DNA of 55,665 bases from Atribacterota bacterium (GTDB lineage Bacteria > Atribacterota > Phoenicimicrobiia > Phoenicimicrobiales > Phoenicimicrobiaceae). The DNA lies in assembly GCA_035648055.1 (NCBI GenBank), contig DASRMF010000084.1, positions 1-55,665 on the forward strand. Direction: 5' to 3'. How positions within the stretch are numbered: the first letter of the stretch is position 1; every line of letters begins with the position of its first letter. The notes beneath the pieces are model-generated. The model saw only the letters and a list, made by a program, of their open reading frames with translations. It was not told the origin of the DNA and did not search any database. The position numbers were made by a program, and so were the translations under genes. Positions 1 to 9,025 of this stretch are shown piece after piece.

Positions 1-677
1 GCAGCAGCAAGAGCAATAAAAAAGGATACATTAACTTGATTATAAGAAGGGAAATCTATATTTAATGCTTTAAGAATAGTATAGAGCCGAGGAAGACGAG
101 CAGCTTGGGCAATTTCACTGGTGTGAGGAATCATCTGTTGTACGCCAGCTGCTTTCATTGCTTCAGTTGCCGGTGCTTTAAACTTTAAGACAAGAAAGAA
201 GGTTAAAGAGGAAGCTATCCAGTTCATCATAATAGTAACAATAACTTCGTGTACCCCTCTTTTAGCCTTTAATAACCCGGGAATAGCTGCCCATAAAGCA
301 CCACCAGCGGCGGCGGCTAATATGCATAGTGGAATAAGAATGAAAGCAGGTAAATCAGTAAAGGTAAATCCAACCCAGGTAGCAAGGAAGGATCCGATAA
401 GCACCTGTCCTTCTCCACCTATATTAAATAGGCCACAACGGAAGGCAAAAGCAACTGCTAATCCGGTAAATATTAATGGGGTTGCTCTGAACAATACATT
501 GCCCCAACCATCTCTGTTACCAATAGCGTTGCTAAATAATGTCTTATAAACAAAAATCGGGTCTTCTCCGATTATAAGAATAACAATTGCGCCTACCAGT
601 AGGGCAAGTATTACGGCGATTAAAGGAGTTATTTTTTCTAAAAGGATGTAATAGTCAAATTTTTTAATACTTTTCAA
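1..677 (-). CDS. ABC transporter permease (BMP/nucleoside-type importer); 3' end cut by the window edge
   Basis: Absent from the ORF track because it runs off the window. Reverse-strand reading from TTG at 677 (GGAGGA about 8 nt upstream) gives MKSIKKFDYYILLEKITPLIAVILALLVGAIVILIIGEDP...FNIGGEGQVLIGSF..., a hydrophobic multi-TM protein directly downstream of the ATPase gene. Confidence 0.75.
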   Translation of the reverse strand, partial: MKSIKKFDYYILLEKITPLIAVILALLVGAIVILIIGEDPIFVYKTLFSNAIGNRDGWGNVLFRATPLIFTGLAVAFAFRCGLFNIGGEGQVLIGSFLATWVGFTFTDLPAFILIPLCILAAAAGGALWAAIPGLLKAKRGVHEVIVTIMMNWIASSLTFFLVLKFKAPATEAMKAAGVQQMIPHTSEIAQAARLPRLYTILKALNIDFPSYNQVNVSFFIALAA

Positions 678-696
678 ATTTATCTTCCTCCATAAA

Positions 697-2235
697 CTAC
701 TTGACCTCTGATAATATTTTATTTGTAGTAGAGCCAGTCATTAGTAAGCCTATTTCTTTTTCCTCTGTTTTCTTCGGATCTAAAACATCTACTATTTCGC
801 CTTCATATATAACAGCAATGCGGTCAGACAAAGATAAAATCTCATCTAAATCAGCCGAGATTAATAAAATTGCTTTTCCTTTATCTCTTTCCTTTAATAT
901 TTGGCTATGCACAAATTCAATAGAGCCTACATCTAATCCCCGAGTTGGTTGAGCAGCGACTAAAAGTCTTGGTTCTCCAAATAATTCCCGGGCAACAATA
1001 ACTTTTTGTTGATTTCCCCCGGATAAAGATTTTAATAAATTATAGCTATCGGAAGGGCGTATATCATATTCCTCGATTAATTTATCAGCATGACTATTAA
1101 TTTCAGAAATATTTAAGGATAAACCTTTATTAAAAGGCGGAAGATAATGGCTTCCTAAAATTAAATTTTCAGAAACCGTATAATCTGCAATAATTCCGCG
1201 CTGTCTCCTGTCTTCCGGGATATGAGCAATTTTTTGTTCTCTAATATTCCGAGGAGAATAATCGGTAATTTCTTTATCGTATAAAAATATTTTACCGCTT
1301 AAAGCCGGACGAAGTCCGGTAATAACTTCTACTAATTCAGTCTGTCCATTACCTTCAACTCCGGCGATTCCTAAAATTTCTCCTTCTCTAATTTCGAAAG
1401 AAACCTCTTTTAGTGCAGGTAATTTTTTGCTATTTAAAGCATTTAATTTGTTTACTTTTAACACTGTTTTTCCAAATTTATGTTCTTTCTTATCCACTTG
1501 CAATAAGACCTTACGACCAACCATCATATTGGCTATTTCCTCCTGGTTGGTATCTTTGGTATTTTTAACACCAACTACTTTACCATCTCTCATGACCGTT
1601 ATACGATCAGAAATAGCTTTGACTTCGTTTAATTTATGAGTGATAAAGATGATTGTCTTACCTTGCTTTTTTAAAGAATTAAGGATTCCAAATAACTCTT
1701 CGACTTCTTGCGGAGTTAACACAGCAGTTGGTTCATCCATAATTAAAATATCTGCTCCACGGTAAAGAACTTTTATAATTTCTACTCTTTGCTGGATGCC
1801 TACGGAAATATCTTCGATCTTTGCTTTGGAGTCGATTTTAAAACCCATACTTTTAGATAATTCTTCAACCCTCTTAGTTGCATCTTCCATATCTATGAAA
1901 ATATTATTTTTTATGGGTTCCATACCCAGTATAATATTTTCCGTAACAGTTAAAGGCGGTACTAACATAAAATGCTGATGAACCATACCAATCTTTAAAT
2001 TAATAGCTACATTAGGGTTAGTTATATTAACTTTTTCCCCATTTATAAAGATTTCACCAGAGTCAGCCTGGTATAATCCGTATAAAATACTCATTAATGT
2101 ACTTTTGCCAGCTCCGTTTTCTCCCACCAAAGCATGTATTTCTCCCTTGTAGACTGTAAAATTAACTTTATCATTGGCAACTACCAGAGGGAATCGTTTG
2201 GTTATGTTTTTCATCTCTAAGGCAATTTCAGGCAA
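697..2235 (-). CDS. ABC transporter ATP-binding protein with duplicated ATPase domains
   Basis: 512 aa. Walker A GENGAGKST and GVEGNGQTE, signature LSGGNQQK. TTG start 8 nt after AAGGAGGA. Flanked by the SBP and permease genes. Confidence 0.93.
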   Translation of the reverse strand: MPEIALEMKNITKRFPLVVANDKVNFTVYKGEIHALVGENGAGKSTLMSILYGLYQADSGEIFINGEKVNITNPNVAINLKIGMVHQHFMLVPPLTVTENIILGMEPIKNNIFIDMEDATKRVEELSKSMGFKIDSKAKIEDISVGIQQRVEIIKVLYRGADILIMDEPTAVLTPQEVEELFGILNSLKKQGKTIIFITHKLNEVKAISDRITVMRDGKVVGVKNTKDTNQEEIANMMVGRKVLLQVDKKEHKFGKTVLKVNKLNALNSKKLPALKEVSFEIREGEILGIAGVEGNGQTELVEVITGLRPALSGKIFLYDKEITDYSPRNIREQKIAHIPEDRRQRGIIADYTVSENLILGSHYLPPFNKGLSLNISEINSHADKLIEEYDIRPSDSYNLLKSLSGGNQQKVIVARELFGEPRLLVAAQPTRGLDVGSIEFVHSQILKERDKGKAILLISADLDEILSLSDRIAVIYEGEIVDVLDPKKTEEKEIGLLMTGSTTNKILSEVK

Positions 2236-2275
2236 TGAATAAATCCTCCTTCAGTAATTTACATCTGAATTCTTT

Positions 2276-2317
2276 ATATTTAGAGGCATTCATATAATAA
2301 TGAATGCCTCTAAATAT
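2276..2317 (-). promoter_or_regulatory. Perfect 18-bp intercistronic stem-loop between the SBP and ATPase genes
   Basis: atatttagaggcattcat (2276-2293) pairs perfectly with atgaatgcctctaaatat (2300-2317), 6-nt loop. No U-tract on the sense strand, so more likely an mRNA stabiliser or attenuator than a full terminator. Confidence 0.5.
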
Positions 2318-2330
2318 ATATTGAAATACA

Positions 2331-3383
2331 CTATTTAGTTACTTCGGTAGGAACAACAATTTCTCCGCTTATAATTTTAGGCTTTGCTTCTTCAACCTTA
2401 GCTATTATTTCTGCAGATACAAGGTCTTTATTGTACTTATCCATAGCATAACCAACTCCGCCATAGGTCTTATCTCCAATTGTAATGGTTCTATCCAAAC
2501 CAAATACTTCAATGCCACTCTTAAAAGTTCCTTCAACTACGCTTTTTATAGCAAGATATACTGAAACGTCAACTTGTTTTAACATACTGGTTAAACCAAA
2601 ATTTTCTCCGGTTCCCTCGATATATCCCATATAGTTCTGGTTGGAGTCAACTCCAATTACGTATCTTTTTCTTTCTTTAGCGGCTTCATATACTCCGGCA
2701 CCGGTTAATCCTGAAGCATGATAAATTACCCATGCTCCGTTATCGTATTGTGACAAAGCTAATTCTTTCCCTTTTACCGGGTCAGCAAAGGCTTGTCCGG
2801 TATCTCCGGCATAAGCAGAAAATACCTGGCACTCCGGGTATACATAATGGACGCCAGCTATATAGCCTGCTTCAAACCTATTAATCAATGCAATATCCAT
2901 ACCACCTACAAATCCAACCGCATCTTTACCATCTTCTTTAGCTTTTAAACCAGCAATCATACCTACTAGAAAAGAACCATCCTGTTCCATAAAGTTTAAT
3001 GATACTACGTTAGGTAAATCCGGGATATATCCGTCAACGGAAGCAAATTTTGTCTCAGGAAATTCAACTGCAACCGTCTTGATAGCATCATCAAATAAAA
3101 ATCCCACTCCTATTACCATGTCATAACCCAACATGGCAAGATTTCTCAAATTTACTTCTCTATCGGCATCTACCCCCGGTTCCAATTCGATACGTTTAAT
3201 TCCAAAATCAGCTGCCGCCCATGCTAAGCCCCGGGATGCTGAATCATTAAATGATTTATCTCCTTTTCCACCAATATCAAATACCAACCCAACCTTTAGT
3301 GGTTCTGCAGCAAAAACTGTCGAAGAAAGACATAAACTTAAGATTACTACTAATGCGACTACTAATAATAAATTCTTTTTCAT
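2331..3383 (-). CDS. BMP family (PnrA/Med-like) ABC transporter substrate-binding protein
   Basis: 350 aa. N-terminal signal peptide MKKNLLLVVALVVILSLCLSSTVFA, then KVGLVFDIGGKGDKSFNDSA, typical of basic-membrane-protein family binding proteins. First gene of the ABC operon. Confidence 0.88.
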   Translation of the reverse strand: MKKNLLLVVALVVILSLCLSSTVFAAEPLKVGLVFDIGGKGDKSFNDSASRGLAWAAADFGIKRIELEPGVDADREVNLRNLAMLGYDMVIGVGFLFDDAIKTVAVEFPETKFASVDGYIPDLPNVVSLNFMEQDGSFLVGMIAGLKAKEDGKDAVGFVGGMDIALINRFEAGYIAGVHYVYPECQVFSAYAGDTGQAFADPVKGKELALSQYDNGAWVIYHASGLTGAGVYEAAKERKRYVIGVDSNQNYMGYIEGTGENFGLTSMLKQVDVSVYLAIKSVVEGTFKSGIEVFGLDRTITIGDKTYGGVGYAMDKYNKDLVSAEIIAKVEEAKPKIISGEIVVPTEVTK

Positions 3384-3601
3384 TTCTGAAATCTCCTTTC
3401 GTTTTTTAAAATACTTAAAATCACAAGTTTACTTTTATGCAGACAGAAAAATAATTCATCTACCACCCCCTCTTTTATTTAGTTGTTAGTGAATAGTGAA
3501 TAGTCATTAATATTTAGTTAGTTAGTTCACTGGTTTGTTGGTTAATATAATAATACTACATCAGACGAGTTTTTTCCTGCTTAAAAATAAAAAAATATTT
3601 A

Positions 3602-5758
3602 TTATTTTTCATACTTATTTAAGTATTCTTCATTGGAAATCAATATCTTTCTTGGATTCCGACCATCATATGGCCCCACGATTCCCTTTTCTTCCATTAC
3701 ATCTATCAATCGAGCCGCCCGAGTGTAACCAATTCGGAGCTTCCTCTGTAATATTGATATTGAAGCTTGCTTACTATTAATAATAATAGAAACAGCGTCA
3801 TTAAATAATTCATCCTCTTCCTCTTCTTCTGTTTCTCGCGATAGACCTTTACTCTTTTTATATTCTAACACCTCTTGTTCATATTCGGTAGAAGGGGAAT
3901 GCTTCGTTAAATATGATACTACATTTCTAATTTCCTTTTCTACCACAAAAGCTCCCTGAGCCCTAATTGGCTTGGAGGCACCGACCGGAGAAAATAACAT
4001 ATCACCGTTTCCCAACAATTTTTCGGCACCATTCACATCTAATATAGTCCTTGAATCAACCTGAGTAGAAACTGCAAAAGCAATTCTGGAAGGGAAATTA
4101 ACCTTTATCGAACCGGTAATAATATCTACAGAAGGACGTTGAGTGGCTATTATTAAATGTATGCCGGTTGCTCTGGTCATCTGGGCTAATCTACATAATG
4201 ATTCCTCGGCTTTTACCGGAGAAGATAGCATTAAATCAGCTAATTCGTCGATTACTATTATAATATAGGGTAAAGGTTCAGTCTCATTATTCATATTTAT
4301 AACATATTCATTATAGCCGGCTAAATTCCTGACCCCTGCTTCTGCAAATATTTTAAATCTTTTTTCCATTTCAGATATTGACCAGTTTAACACTTTAATG
4401 GCTTGACTTGCATCGGTTACAATAGGTATTAATAAATGTGGAATGCCGTTGTAAACATTTAGCTCTACTCTTTTTGGGTCAATCATCAGAAATTTTACTT
4501 TTTCCGGACTTAACTTATAAAGAATACTCAATATTATATTATTAATACATACACTTTTCCCTGATCCGGTTGCCCCGGCAATTAATAAATGGGGAAGTTC
4601 GGTTAAATCTGCGATGATAGGTTTACCTCCGATATCTATTCCTAAAGCAATAGGTAATTTATATTTACCATTTTGAAATTCACTGCTTTGTAATACTTCT
4701 TTTAAATAAACATTTATTCTTTTACGGTTAGGGACTTCTATTCCCACAGCATTTTTGCCGGGGATTGGTGCTTCTATTCTGACTGAGGCTACCGCAAACG
4801 ATAAAGCGATATCATTGCTTAAATTAGTTATCTTAGATATTTTAACCCCCGGTGCAGGATGAATTTCATATCGGGTAACAGTTGGTCCGTGGATAACCCC
4901 AACGACTTTTGCATCTATTCCAAAATTAGTGAAGGTTTTTTCTAGTGTTTTTACATTTTCCTCAATATTTAATTTGATATCTGTCTTATCTTCAGCGTAC
5001 GAGTCAGATAGTAGTGACAGGGGTGGAACTTGATATATGTCTACCTTGGGTTCCTGATTGGATTCTTTATAATCTCTATCTAACATTTTCTCTTCTTCTA
5101 ATTTCTTTTCTTTTTTCCTTGTTCTTTTTATCTTAAATATTCTTTTAGGCATTTTATCTTCTTTGTATTCTTTATAATCGGGTTCCTCTTTGTGCCTTGA
5201 AATTTTAGATATTTTTGTCCTTATACTTTTAGAAATATTATAAATATTATTGAATGTTATCTTAATTTTATTTCCCAGGTTGCTAAATATATAAAAATAG
5301 GATACTTCAGTTATAAATAAGGCGGATATTAAGCTGAGAGATATCAGAACAAGATAAGCGCCTTTTATTCCAAAGTAAAGATATAAGGAATTGGCAAAAT
5401 TATAACCCAATAAACCCCCACCTGCCCCTTTTATCGACAATGAATAAGAATTATCAAGTAATAGTAATTTTAGGTGGATAAATATAAGCAATATAACAAA
5501 TAAAAAACTAATACCGAAGAGTTTATGATAAGGATTGGGTGGTTTATAATTAAAAAGAATTAAAATTCCCAATAATAATAACAAGATGGGGAAAATATAG
5601 GCACCGAGACCAATATTGCGAGTTGCTGTTTGAACAATAATTTTTCCGACTATCCCCATTCTGTCATTGAAAATAAAGGCGAAAACATATAACAAAGAAA
5701 ATGCAATAATTATTATACTTATAGTTTCATTTTTAGTGTTTTTTTTCTTTATTTTCAA
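3602..5758 (-). CDS. ftsK: DNA translocase FtsK/SpoIIIE
   Basis: 718 aa. N-terminal TM segments, charged linker, motor with Walker A GATGSGKS, C-terminal winged-helix gamma domain ASISILQRKLRIGYTRAARLIDVMEEKGIVGP. Confidence 0.95.
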   Translation of the reverse strand: MKIKKKNTKNETISIIIIAFSLLYVFAFIFNDRMGIVGKIIVQTATRNIGLGAYIFPILLLLLGILILFNYKPPNPYHKLFGISFLFVILLIFIHLKLLLLDNSYSLSIKGAGGGLLGYNFANSLYLYFGIKGAYLVLISLSLISALFITEVSYFYIFSNLGNKIKITFNNIYNISKSIRTKISKISRHKEEPDYKEYKEDKMPKRIFKIKRTRKKEKKLEEEKMLDRDYKESNQEPKVDIYQVPPLSLLSDSYAEDKTDIKLNIEENVKTLEKTFTNFGIDAKVVGVIHGPTVTRYEIHPAPGVKISKITNLSNDIALSFAVASVRIEAPIPGKNAVGIEVPNRKRINVYLKEVLQSSEFQNGKYKLPIALGIDIGGKPIIADLTELPHLLIAGATGSGKSVCINNIILSILYKLSPEKVKFLMIDPKRVELNVYNGIPHLLIPIVTDASQAIKVLNWSISEMEKRFKIFAEAGVRNLAGYNEYVINMNNETEPLPYIIIVIDELADLMLSSPVKAEESLCRLAQMTRATGIHLIIATQRPSVDIITGSIKVNFPSRIAFAVSTQVDSRTILDVNGAEKLLGNGDMLFSPVGASKPIRAQGAFVVEKEIRNVVSYLTKHSPSTEYEQEVLEYKKSKGLSRETEEEEEDELFNDAVSIIINSKQASISILQRKLRIGYTRAARLIDVMEEKGIVGPYDGRNPRKILISNEEYLNKYEK

Positions 5759-5762
5759 TTTA

Positions 5763-6590
5763 TCAAAATCCTCTCGATAAAGACATCCAAATTGTTAAAC
5801 CAGATACGATCCAAAGATAATATGAAAAAAAGTATATTTTTCGATTTTTTAATAGTCCTATAAATATTTTCATAGCCCCATAGCTTGATATAGCGGCTAC
5901 AAGCCCGGATAATATCATAATATTTAAATTTATATTTAAAGAAGATATCTCTCTAATTTTAAAAATTGAAGCACCTAAAATGATCGGTACAGATAGTATA
6001 AAGGAATATTTCGCCGCAAATTCTCGCTCTAAGTTTCTTGATAATCCGGCGATAACAGTCAAACCGGACCTCGATATCCCCGGAAAAATAGCGAGGGCCT
6101 GAGCTATCCCTATAATAATAGCATCTTTGTAAGTAATTTCCGAAATATTTTTACTACCTTTTGAATATTTTTTATTTCCAGCCCAAAGTAGAGCTCCTGT
6201 TATACTTAGCATAAAGGCAGATATTATAGGCTTGCTAAAAAGCATTTCAAAATAAGAGCTAAAAGCATATCCAATAATTGCTGCCGGTATGGTGCTGATC
6301 ACCAAGAACCAGGCAAGTTTTGATGATGAATTATTTTTAAAAATATTTAATATATTTTCTCCCCGAAATAGTTTATAAATACTGTCAAAAAAAGAAATTA
6401 TTAATTCTTTAATATCTTTTCTAAAGAGTACTATTACGGCCACAATTGTTCCAAAATGTAAAAGTGCTTCGAATGCCGCACCCGGTAAATTTAGTTTTAA
6501 GAAATATTTTGCTATTACCAAATGCCCGGAACTGCTTACCGGAAAAAATTCAGTTAACCCTTGTATCAGCCCTAATAATATTAATGACAT
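5763..6590 (-). CDS. uppP: Undecaprenyl-diphosphate phosphatase
   Basis: 275-aa polytopic membrane protein with BacA/UppP motifs FPVSSSGHL and PGISRSG. Confidence 0.93.
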   Translation of the reverse strand: MSLILLGLIQGLTEFFPVSSSGHLVIAKYFLKLNLPGAAFEALLHFGTIVAVIVLFRKDIKELIISFFDSIYKLFRGENILNIFKNNSSSKLAWFLVISTIPAAIIGYAFSSYFEMLFSKPIISAFMLSITGALLWAGNKKYSKGSKNISEITYKDAIIIGIAQALAIFPGISRSGLTVIAGLSRNLEREFAAKYSFILSVPIILGASIFKIREISSLNINLNIMILSGLVAAISSYGAMKIFIGLLKNRKIYFFSYYLWIVSGLTIWMSLSRGF

Positions 6591-6598
6591 ACATTCCC

Positions 6599-8212
6599 CT
6601 AACCATTGGACAATTCGTCGATTACCATTAAACCAATGTTATTAGCGTGGTCTCCGACTCTTTCTAAATTACTTATTAAGTCTAAAAAGATAATGCCGGA
6701 TTCGGGATAACAAAGGCCTTGGTTCAGCCTATATATATGATTATCACGAAGTCCTTTTTCTATTTTATCAATTTCATCTTCTTTTAAAGCTACCTCTTGT
6801 GCTAACTTTATATCTCTATTTTTTAGTGCCGAAATTGATTTACTTAATGAAATTTGAACTTTAGAAAACATAAATTTTAGTTCATCTAAAGCTTTTTCAC
6901 TAAAAGGCAGCTTTTCATTTATCTTTTCCTCGGTAAGTTCAGCTAAATTTTCAGCATGGTCCCCTACTCTTTCTATGTCATTTACTATATTCATTAAATC
7001 TGTTAGTATCTTTGATTGTTTGGGGCTGAGAGACTGTTGAGATATTAATACTAAATATTTGGTAATTTCTTTTTCTAAAGTATTTACCACTCCTTCTTTT
7101 AAGTATACACTTTTTAAGATATTCAGGTCATTTTGAACAAAAGACATCATTACATCACTTAGCATGCTCTCAACCATTTCGCCCATTCTAACCAGTTCTT
7201 TAGTTGCCTGACTCAAAGCGAGAGATGGCGTATTTAGCATATCCTTGTTTAGGTAAACAGGGCCTCTCTTAAGGACAATTTCTTCACCTGGTAAAAGTTT
7301 AACTATAAATTTAACAAACAAAGAAAGAAATGGAAGTAATATTGCTGCGTTAATTATATTAAATAAAGTATGAGCATTGGCGATTTGCCTTGGGATACTT
7401 GATGAGGTCAATGTTACCATATAGGAGAATTTATTTATAAAAAATAGAAATAGAACAACTCCTCCGATATTAAAAAATAAATGAGAAAGAGCGACTCTTT
7501 TCCCGGTTATTGAACTCCCTATACTGGCAATCGCTGCAGTAAAACAAGTTCCTATATTGCTTCCAAGAACAAGGGGAATTGCTGCTTCTATGCCTATTAT
7601 ACCTTGAATAGACATGGCAATTACAATGGCGGTAGTAGCACTACTACTTTGAATTATAGCGGTAAAGATTGCAGCAACCGCAACGCCTAATAAAGGATTG
7701 TGAGAAATATTTACTAATAAATTTAAGAATGGAGCATAATTTCTTAGTGGACTCACGGCATGAGACATAGTGTATAAGCCTAAGAATAATATACCAAAAC
7801 CGAGTAAAATTTGTCCAAAATATTTATAACTTTTTCTTTTGGCTAAAAAATTAATGATAAAACCTATACCAATTGCCGGAAGAGCATATTGTTCTAAACG
7901 GAAAGATACGATCTGGGCGGTCACAGTAGTTCCTATATTTGCACCTGCTATTACACTTACGGCTTGCTTTAAACTTAATAATCCAGCGTTTACCAATCCG
8001 ATAGTGATAACACTTGTAGCACTACTACTTTGAATAATGGAAGTTAAAATAGCCCCGGTTGCAACGCCCATTACTGGCTTATTGGTTAATAGTTCCATGA
8101 TTTTTTGTATTCTATCACCGGTAACTTTTTGCAAGCCATCACTAAGCAACTGCATTCCGTATAAAAATAATCCCAGACCTCCCACCATGCCAAAGATTAG
8201 TTCAGTGGTCAT
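6599..8212 (-). CDS. Na/Pi cotransporter family protein with C-terminal PhoU-like domain
   Basis: 537 aa. Duplicated IQSSSAT motifs (IQSSSATSVITIGL, IQSSSATTAIVIAM). C-terminal PhoU-like repeats ERVGDHAEN and ERVGDHANN. Confidence 0.9.
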   Translation of the reverse strand: MTTELIFGMVGGLGLFLYGMQLLSDGLQKVTGDRIQKIMELLTNKPVMGVATGAILTSIIQSSSATSVITIGLVNAGLLSLKQAVSVIAGANIGTTVTAQIVSFRLEQYALPAIGIGFIINFLAKRKSYKYFGQILLGFGILFLGLYTMSHAVSPLRNYAPFLNLLVNISHNPLLGVAVAAIFTAIIQSSSATTAIVIAMSIQGIIGIEAAIPLVLGSNIGTCFTAAIASIGSSITGKRVALSHLFFNIGGVVLFLFFINKFSYMVTLTSSSIPRQIANAHTLFNIINAAILLPFLSLFVKFIVKLLPGEEIVLKRGPVYLNKDMLNTPSLALSQATKELVRMGEMVESMLSDVMMSFVQNDLNILKSVYLKEGVVNTLEKEITKYLVLISQQSLSPKQSKILTDLMNIVNDIERVGDHAENLAELTEEKINEKLPFSEKALDELKFMFSKVQISLSKSISALKNRDIKLAQEVALKEDEIDKIEKGLRDNHIYRLNQGLCYPESGIIFLDLISNLERVGDHANNIGLMVIDELSNG

Positions 8213-8297
8213 TAAATACCTCCGCCAAAGTTAGTCGTTAGTGAATATTGTTAGTATATAGTAAAGAAAAAACAGCGTAGAGCGTATTGTAGATACA

Positions 8298-8379
8298 GTA
8301 ATGAGTAATGAGTGATAAGTAATGAGATAAAATTTCCTAAATCCTAAAAACAGATTACTTATCACGTATTACTCATTAC
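8298..8379. repeat. Long AT-rich imperfect inverted repeat (two 29-nt arms, 24-nt loop)
   Basis: Arm 8298-8326 gtaatgagtaatgagtgataagtaatgag; the reverse complement of arm 8351-8379 is gtaatgagtaatacgtgataagtaatctg. 25/29 positions pair (12 bp, 2-nt internal loop, 12 bp). Confidence 0.8.
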
Positions 8380-8515
8380 ATCCAATGTTGATTAGTTGCC
8401 TGGTTAAGGAAATAATAGGAAAAAACTAGGAATTAGAATAAATTTTGTATTGCGTAAAGAGAAAAAAGACTCATACGCAATTATGCTGTACTTGTCTTTA
8501 CTTATTACTTATCAC

Positions 8516-8974
8516 TTATTTTACGCCGCTATGTCCGAAGCCACCCTCTCCTCTTTTGGTTTTATCCAGGGTCTCTACAATTTCAAAATTAGGAAAAAAG
8601 ATTTTTTGAATTACTAATTGAGCTATTCTGTCTCCTCTTCGTATAACAAATTCTTCTTCACCTAGATTAATTAATATTACTTTTACAATACCTCTGTAAT
8701 CCGAATCGATAGTACCCGGGGTATTTAAAACCGTAATACTGTGTTTAAGAGCTAGGCCGCTTCGGGGCCGTATTTGACCTTCATAACCTTCAGGAATCAT
8801 AATTTTGATCCCAGTGGAAATTAATTTTACCTTACCCGGTTTTAACACGGTATCTGCATCTTCTGCGCATAGCAAATCAACTCCGGAGGAGAATTTACTT
8901 GCGGAAATAGGCAAAGATAAATCCTCACATCCTTCTACTTTTGCTATTTTTATTTCTATTTTGCTATTTTTCAC
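8516..8974 (-). CDS. dut: dUTP diphosphatase
   Basis: 152 aa. dUTPase motifs RPRSGLALK, GTIDSDYRG, RGEGGFGHSG. Confidence 0.95.
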   Translation of the reverse strand: MKNSKIEIKIAKVEGCEDLSLPISASKFSSGVDLLCAEDADTVLKPGKVKLISTGIKIMIPEGYEGQIRPRSGLALKHSITVLNTPGTIDSDYRGIVKVILINLGEEEFVIRRGDRIAQLVIQKIFFPNFEIVETLDKTKRGEGGFGHSGVK

Positions 8975-9025
8975 TACACTAAGTTCACTTTTTGTTTTAT
9001 TTGTTTCATCGCTTTCAAAAAAAAA

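Noticed and set aside
8213-8262. 11-nt-phased TTTACT/CTAACA/CACTAA words upstream of the Na/Pi transporter as PhoP/PhoB boxes
   Set aside because: The same words occur upstream of unrelated genes (pnp, the BMP operon), so they belong to the general word-repeat family. The match to Pho box consensus is weak.
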